Positions 52,491 to 64,000 of a DNA stretch of 64,000 nt are shown here, one piece after another (position 1 is the first letter of the stretch; every line of letters starts with the position of its first letter). Position numbers and translations under genes: made by a program. The stretch lies in assembly GCF_009914755.1 (NCBI RefSeq), contig NC_060938.1, one strand, 5' to 3'. The notes below the pieces were generated by a model. The model ran no database searches. It was given only the letters and a program-made list of their open reading frames with translations, and was not told the DNA's origin. This stretch comes from the human T2T-CHM13v2.0 reference genome, Homo sapiens.

Positions 52491-53277
52491 CAAAAGTATT
52501 CTAAATACTTTTTTTCTTTATTTCTCAATGCTTTTTTTTCCCTATATCTCAGAGAAGCTGAAGAGAGAATTAGTGATTTGGAAGACAAGTAGATGGGGAG
52601 AGAGTGTTCAGGATAAGCATATATTAAAAGCACAAAAAATACAAAAAAGTAAAATAACAAAACACTTAAAAGACACACTAACAAGGTCTGACACACCTGG
52701 ACTCTTAGAATAAGGGGACAAATAATCAGCTAAGAAAACTCTAAACCTAATGAAAATGCCATAGCTTATGAGCTCAAGAAGTATATATGAAGAGGAAACA
52801 ATAACAACTTCTGTTTCTACCCAAGATACAGAAATAGGAACCAGATTTACCATCGTACCATAAACAAATGGAAAGCAAAAAATATATATATGAAAATTGA
52901 TTTTCGGACCCTGAGTAACAGGCAATGTAGGGCTATAATCCTGGATAACAAGAAAACAAATAAGCAAGGTAAACCTTATGCTTTTACCAGCTTGTGTTTA
53001 GAGGCAATTTCAAAGCTGTAGTAAAGAAAGGGGAACCAAAATAGAGCCTAATGGTCTCACTAAGTGAAGGGAACAGAATGTGATTTAAAATTTTTTTTTA
53101 TTTTTTCCCTTATGTTTCATTTAGGATTTTCTCAATGTCTGATTTTCATAATTTTTCTTTATATTTATCTTGTGTGGAGTTTGCTGAACCTCTCACATCT
53201 CTTGCCTATTATCTCTTCAATTGTTGCTTAAGTCTCATTCTCTTTCTCCTTTCTTCCTGGGACTTTACTTATATATA

Positions 53278-53590
53278 CTGTCATGCAACACTTAACAAAG
53301 GGAATATATGTTTTGAAAATTTCATTATTAGGTAATTTCATCATTGTGTAAACATCATAGAGTATATTTCTGCAAACCTAAATGGAAAGTGTACAATAGC
53401 CTATTGCACACTTAGGCTATATGGTGTAGCCTATTGCTCCTAGCCTACAAACTTGTATAGCATTTTACTGTGCTGAGTACTGCAGGCCATTGTAATACAA
53501 TAGTATTTTTGTATCTAAACATAGAAAAGATACAGTGATAGTGCTATATTATAATCTTCTCAGACCACCATCATATTTCTAGTCTATTGA
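53278..53590 (+). mobile_element. Tigger3a-like DNA transposon remnant
   Basis: CATTGTGTAAACATCATAGAGT..AGGCTATATGGTGTAGCCTATTGCTCCTAG..CTACAAAC. Confidence 0.75.
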
Positions 53591-54149
53591 ATTCTTCATT
53601 CATTCATATTTTTCTATGTTTTGGTAATTTATATTCACTTGACTTTGAGTTCCTCAATGTTATCTAGGATGTACAATCTAATGTTAAACCATTCCCATGA
53701 GTTCTTAAATTAGTTATTGCTTTTCTTTTCAGATCCATAATATTCACTTGAAAATTTTTTATAGATTGTATTTATCTGTTGAAATTGCCATCTTTTTATC
53801 AATATTGTCATTTTTCTGCTTTCCTTAACAAATTTTATATTCATTTTATAGTCTTTGCTGCTAATTCCAGCATCTGGATCATCTGGGGACTGGTCTATAT
53901 AGTTATCTTTAATTATGGATCATATTTTTCACCTTTTTCATATGTCTCATCATTGTTTTATTTATGCCAGAAAGAACAATAGAGACTGGAGTAAATGTTA
54001 TGTTCCTTCATAAAGAGCATCCCTTGTCCTCTATTAAGCAGGTGGGATGAATGGCTGGCTATTTTTGAACTAATTATTAATTGAGCTGGGTGACAGTTCG
54101 GTTGCTACTTTAGTTTGACTCTGTCACAATTTAATAAAATGTATGAGAA

Positions 54150-55908
54150 GTAGCAAGGAAGAAATACAGACTGATAGAATTCACACATAGAAAATCAAAA
54201 AGAACTTACAGACTGGATACAAGGTCGATATGCAAAAATCAGTAGTTTTTTTATACATCGACAAACAAAAAATGAAATTTTAAATGATATCATCTACAAT
54301 AGTATCCAAATATATTACATTTCTAGGAATTAATCTAAGAAAACATGTAAAGCATCTCTATTCAGAACAATATAACACATTATGGAAAGAAATAAGCATC
54401 CAAATCAGGGTCCAGCCAACTTTTTCTGTAAGGATCAAGTAATAAGTATTTTAGCCTTTGTAGCTAGCTGGTCTATATCATAACTGCCCAATTCTGCATT
54501 ATAATGCCAACACAGAAATAGACAATGTGTAAACCAATAGGTGTGACTGTGCTCCCATAAAACTTTTTTTCAAAAACAGGCAGAGGATACATATTTATCC
54601 TATAGACTATAGTTTGTTGACCCCTGATCTAAATAATCACAGAAATAAAATATATTAATATGTCATAAATATACAATAACTGTGTCCATTCTCCCCAAAT
54701 TGATTTTTTAATTCAAATCCTTCACAGTCAAATTCAGATGTTTGTGGGGTTATTTTTTGTTTGTTTGTTTTTTGTTTTGGTAAATATTGACAAGCTAATT
54801 CCAACATACAATAAAAATTAAATGGGCAAAAATTTGCCAAGACAACACTGAAGAAAAACAGAATTAAAAGACTTCAGAGATGTCAAGAGTTTTTTAACAC
54901 TCTAGTAATTAACAAAGCGTGCTATTGCCAACAGAATATATGCCTAGACAAATAGGACCTAGGAGGCAATCCAGTAACGTCTTTGCATGTACAAATATTT
55001 GATTCATGAGAAAGCTATCACTGCAAAGCAGTGGAGAAGGGATGGTCATTCCAATAACCAATCTAGATGGGTCATCTAGATAGAAATAATGTAAAAGAAG
55101 ATACCCTCATATAATACACAAAATTAATTATATGTATATGATAGATCTAAATGTGAAAAATAAAACAATGAGACTTCCAAAAGAAACTACAGAGGAATAT
55201 TTTCAGAACTTTGAGGTAGGCAAAAATTTCTTAACCAGTACATATAAAAGACTAGTGGCAAAAGAGAAGACATTAAAAAGAAACACGTCTAATTATCAAA
55301 GACATTTTGAGTGAAAAGGGAAGCCATGGGCTGAGAGAAGATGTTTTCAGAGACTTAGATAGATATTACATAAAAGAAGATCTCCAGGTGAAAAGATGCC
55401 AAGGATTATAACACATCAGGAAAAATGAAAATCAAAATCACAAAAAGATATCAATAAGAGTTGGAGTGGCTAAAATAGCAAGAATGATAATATTAAGTAT
55501 TGGTGAAAATGTGGGAGGCCTAAGTTGGAAGAACTTAGGTGGGCCGTAAGTTGGAAGACTATATTATATGCTAAAGTTGAATATAGACATTGGAAGAACT
55601 ACATTGCATGCTAAAGTTAAATGTACACATTTCCTATTAACCAATTTCATTTTTAGGTATAGTTCAAAAAGAAATATATGCACATATACACAATAATGTT
55701 CACAGTGGCACCATTCGTAATAATCCAATAAATTTGTGTTATTTCCCATAAAACTGGGAAACAACACAAATTCTTGACATCAGTAGAATGGATAAATCAT
55801 TTGTAGAATATTAATTCAATATACTATTATGCAATAATGAAAATAAACTACTGTCCCACATATAATATGGTTATACCTCAGAAAAATAATGCAGAGTAAA
55901 AGAATTTG
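54150..55908 (+). mobile_element. Ancient L1M(D/E) ORF2 3' remnants (continue after 61348)
   Basis: Degenerate ORF2 (IDLNVKNKTMRL..EEYFQNFEVGKNFL); split by MER58A and by the L1PA. Confidence 0.65.
54406..54626 (+). mobile_element. MER58A (hAT-Charlie)
   Basis: CAGGG...CCCCTG terminal inverted repeats; 8-bp TSD atccaaat / atctaaat. Confidence 0.85.
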
Positions 55909-55944
55909 CCAAATATGGAAAATATGTATTATATTGTTTCATTT

Positions 55945-61312
<5,368 letters not shown>

Positions 61313-62279
61313 CCAGATATGGAAAATATGTATTATATTATTTCATTTAATTTTTTAAATAAGCAAAACAAAACTTTAACATCCTAAGTCACAATAGAAG
61401 TGTCTCAACAGGCGAGAGAAGATGGTTATAGGAATTGCAATAATCAATTTCTTGACAAGGGTGATGGTTATATAGATATTTGGTTTTATGATTATTATTT
61501 TAGCTATACACATTCACATTAATGTTAAAAAGTTTGCTCATTCAGATAAGCCGATACTAATTGGGTTTCTTTCTCTAGGGCACAGAACAGTGACTGCAAG
61601 GATAAATAATTTAAAAAATAATCACTTCCAGATGTTGAGGTTAGGGGTTATTTATTTTTGTTTTAGCTTTTATCTTTATACTTTTACTTTTTCTCTTTTA
61701 GAAAATAACAGTTGTCTGCATTCTTCTATACTAAGAAGCAATATGATTTTTTAAATTAAAGAAGAGCCACTTCAAATTTGTAAAGACTGGAAGTCTGAGA
61801 TGATGTTAAAGCCATGAATCAGTATGGATAACAATAAAGGTCAAAGGGCACATTTTGACAAAAATAAAATCCTGCATATAGCTTAGCTTTGTGGAGATCA
61901 AGGTAGCAAAATAGAGGAGTCAATCAGAAATGAAAAGTCCCTCAAGGCTGAAGGTATATATTTAGCTATTGCAAACTTACCAAAGATGTAACAATTTACT
62001 CCAAGTGCAGAAAAATTTAAAGGAAAATGTTGAGGAAATATGGAATGTAAACATATGTGCCAATTCACATCAAACTTCAAATTTATTTGATTATGAGTGC
62101 ATTGACTATCTATCTGGAAAAAAATCTTAACTTTTGGATCTCTCCATTTTAATATTTTTACTAACTATTGAGGTGAACACACATTACCTAACGTACCCCT
62201 TTATACAAGGTAGTTTTGAAATGTTTGGTTAGTCATATAAATGCAAATCTGCTGCTGATACAAATCTAGGAAGAAAAGT

Positions 62280-62900
62280 CAATACATCAGATGTCAGAAT
62301 CAGGACTGAAAATATCTCAACAGGCTAAAACCTTATAACCAAATTCCAAGATAAAACATTAGGAGTAAATGTAATGTCCCAAACACAGTTTAGAAAAATT
62401 AGCCTCACAAGTCTATGATGAGATATACATTGTGTGAAAAAGACTTAAAGGATTGAAATGATGAGGAGCCCAATATAAATTAATGCGGTGTACAAGGCTG
62501 CAAAAACTTAGGTCAATTTTAGGCTATATCAATAAATGCAATGTCTTGAACAGGAAAGTTAATAGTCCCATCAGACATTTCACTGGCCAGAACAAACTGG
62601 AATGTTGAGCTTGGTTCTGGCTGCAGGTCCAGGGGAAGGCTGCCAAAATGGTGAGGTGTCTGGAAACCATGATTTAAGGATGGTTAATTCTTGGAAATGA
62701 AGAAACCTAAAGGGAGACAAGACAACTGTCTTTGAGTACTTAAAAGGCTCTCATGTGTAAAAGGGATTAGATTTTCTATGAAATTTTATAGTCCTGATAA
62801 AGAAGTGCTGAATATTTCACCTTAATGTGAAGAAACAGATTATAAGGTAGACACAGCCAAAGTTACAACAGGTGATGCATGAGGACTTCCTGTTGCTGAA
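62280..62900 (+). mobile_element. L3/CR1 LINE remnant
   Basis: ATAGTCCCA..CACTGGCCAGAACAAACTGGAAT..GTTCTGG resembles the CR1 RT 3' region; very diverged. Confidence 0.55.
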
Positions 62901-63243
62901 ACTCTTTTATTGTTATGTTGAAATTTAATAAATTGGTAGATTAAACATAACTCAATAGTTTAAACAACACTAATAAAGTCTCATGCACTTAGCACTAAAG
63001 TTAAGAAATAAAGGATTAGCAGTATTTTAGAAGCTCCTATGGGACAGAAATATCTTGAATTCATATTAACCATATTTTTGTTTTTCTTATAGTTTTACCT
63101 CCTAAGTGGGTTTCCCTAAATAATACATTGTTTAGTGTTAAACTTTATGAGTTAATCATGCTTCATATGCTATTCTGGCTTATGTTTATTTTCTCAATGT
63201 GAAGTTTTGTGTTTATCCATGATGATGCATGTAGGAATGGGTC

Positions 63244-63618
63244 TGATATGGTTTGGCTGTGTCCCCATCCAAATCTCATCTTGAACTGTAGTTCCCATAA
63301 TTCCCACATGTTGTGGGTGGGACTTGGTTGGAGGTAACTGAATCATGTGAGTGGTTACCTCCCATGCTGCTTTCATGATAGTGAGTGAGTTCTCATGAGA
63401 TCTGATGGTTTTTTAAGGGGATTTCTCCACTTTGCTCAGCACTTCTCTCTCCTGCCGCCATGTGAAGCAGGACATGTTTGCTTCCCCTTCCACCATGATT
63501 GTAAGTTTCCTGATGCCTCACCAGCCATGTGGAACTGTGAGTCAATTAAACCTCTTTCCTTTGTAAATTACCCAGTCACAGGTATTTCTTCATAGCAGCC
63601 TGAGAATGGACTAATATA
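63244..63618 (+). mobile_element. THE1D/MSTA solo LTR inside an old minus-strand L1M remnant
   Basis: TGATATGGTTTGGCTGTGTCCCC...GAATGGACTAATATA. Confidence 0.88.
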
Positions 63619-64000
63619 GGCTTACTTATTTTCACTACTCTACAGTACTCTATTTGTATGGGCATATCACAATGTATCAATCCACTGATGCATATTTGAG
63701 TTGTTTGCAGTTGCTGTTAAGCACAACCCCAATAAAAACATGCTTTTGTGTGCTTACCAGTGCACAGGGAAGGGTTTCTTGGGGTTGTAGAGCAAGTTCA
63801 ACTTCACTAGGTAACACCAAACACTTCCAAAGTGGTTGTGCCAATTTACCTTCCCATCAGTTTTGGATGACAGCTTCCAGTACTTGAAGTTATTGACATC
63901 CCTTGGTATTTTCAGACTTTTAAAGTTGTTTATCTGGTATGTGTGAAATGTACCTAATTGTGATTTTAATCTGTTAATCCCTTTATACAATGCTTTCATA

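Overview
Primate DNA, almost certainly human, carrying the complete DIO2 selenoprotein gene (type 2 iodothyronine deiodinase) on the minus strand. There are two coding exons (21509-21730 and 12947-13546; 273 codons plus TAA) with two in-frame UGA codons: catalytic Sec133 at 13370-13372 and Sec266 at 12971-12973. The ~5.2 kb 3'UTR ends in a form-2 SECIS element (~8032-8104) and three tandem AATAAA signals. Upstream are a TATA+CRE promoter (~22460-22531) and a long 5'UTR with four uAUGs and a ~307-nt optional intron. The main intron holds two cassette exons (108 nt with a third in-frame UGA; 134 nt with an in-frame TAA). The haplotype is Thr92 plus uORF-A Asp3. The rest is transposon-derived: a full-length HERV-L/MLT2A1 provirus co-oriented with DIO2, a THE1/MST element with nested insertions, a 5'-truncated L1PA with a 36-bp TSD, old L1M, Alus, MIR/L2/L3 and DNA transposons. 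This is a well-studied locus, so I do not claim a new system. The most promising less-described signals are a UGA-containing cassette exon placed to act as a selenium-dependent NMD switch, an LTR-driven first exon whose uORF would end in UGA just before the DIO2 start, and a compact bidirectional splice/hairpin/G4 module in the 5'UTR. Repeat subfamily names are from recognition by eye, not a database search.
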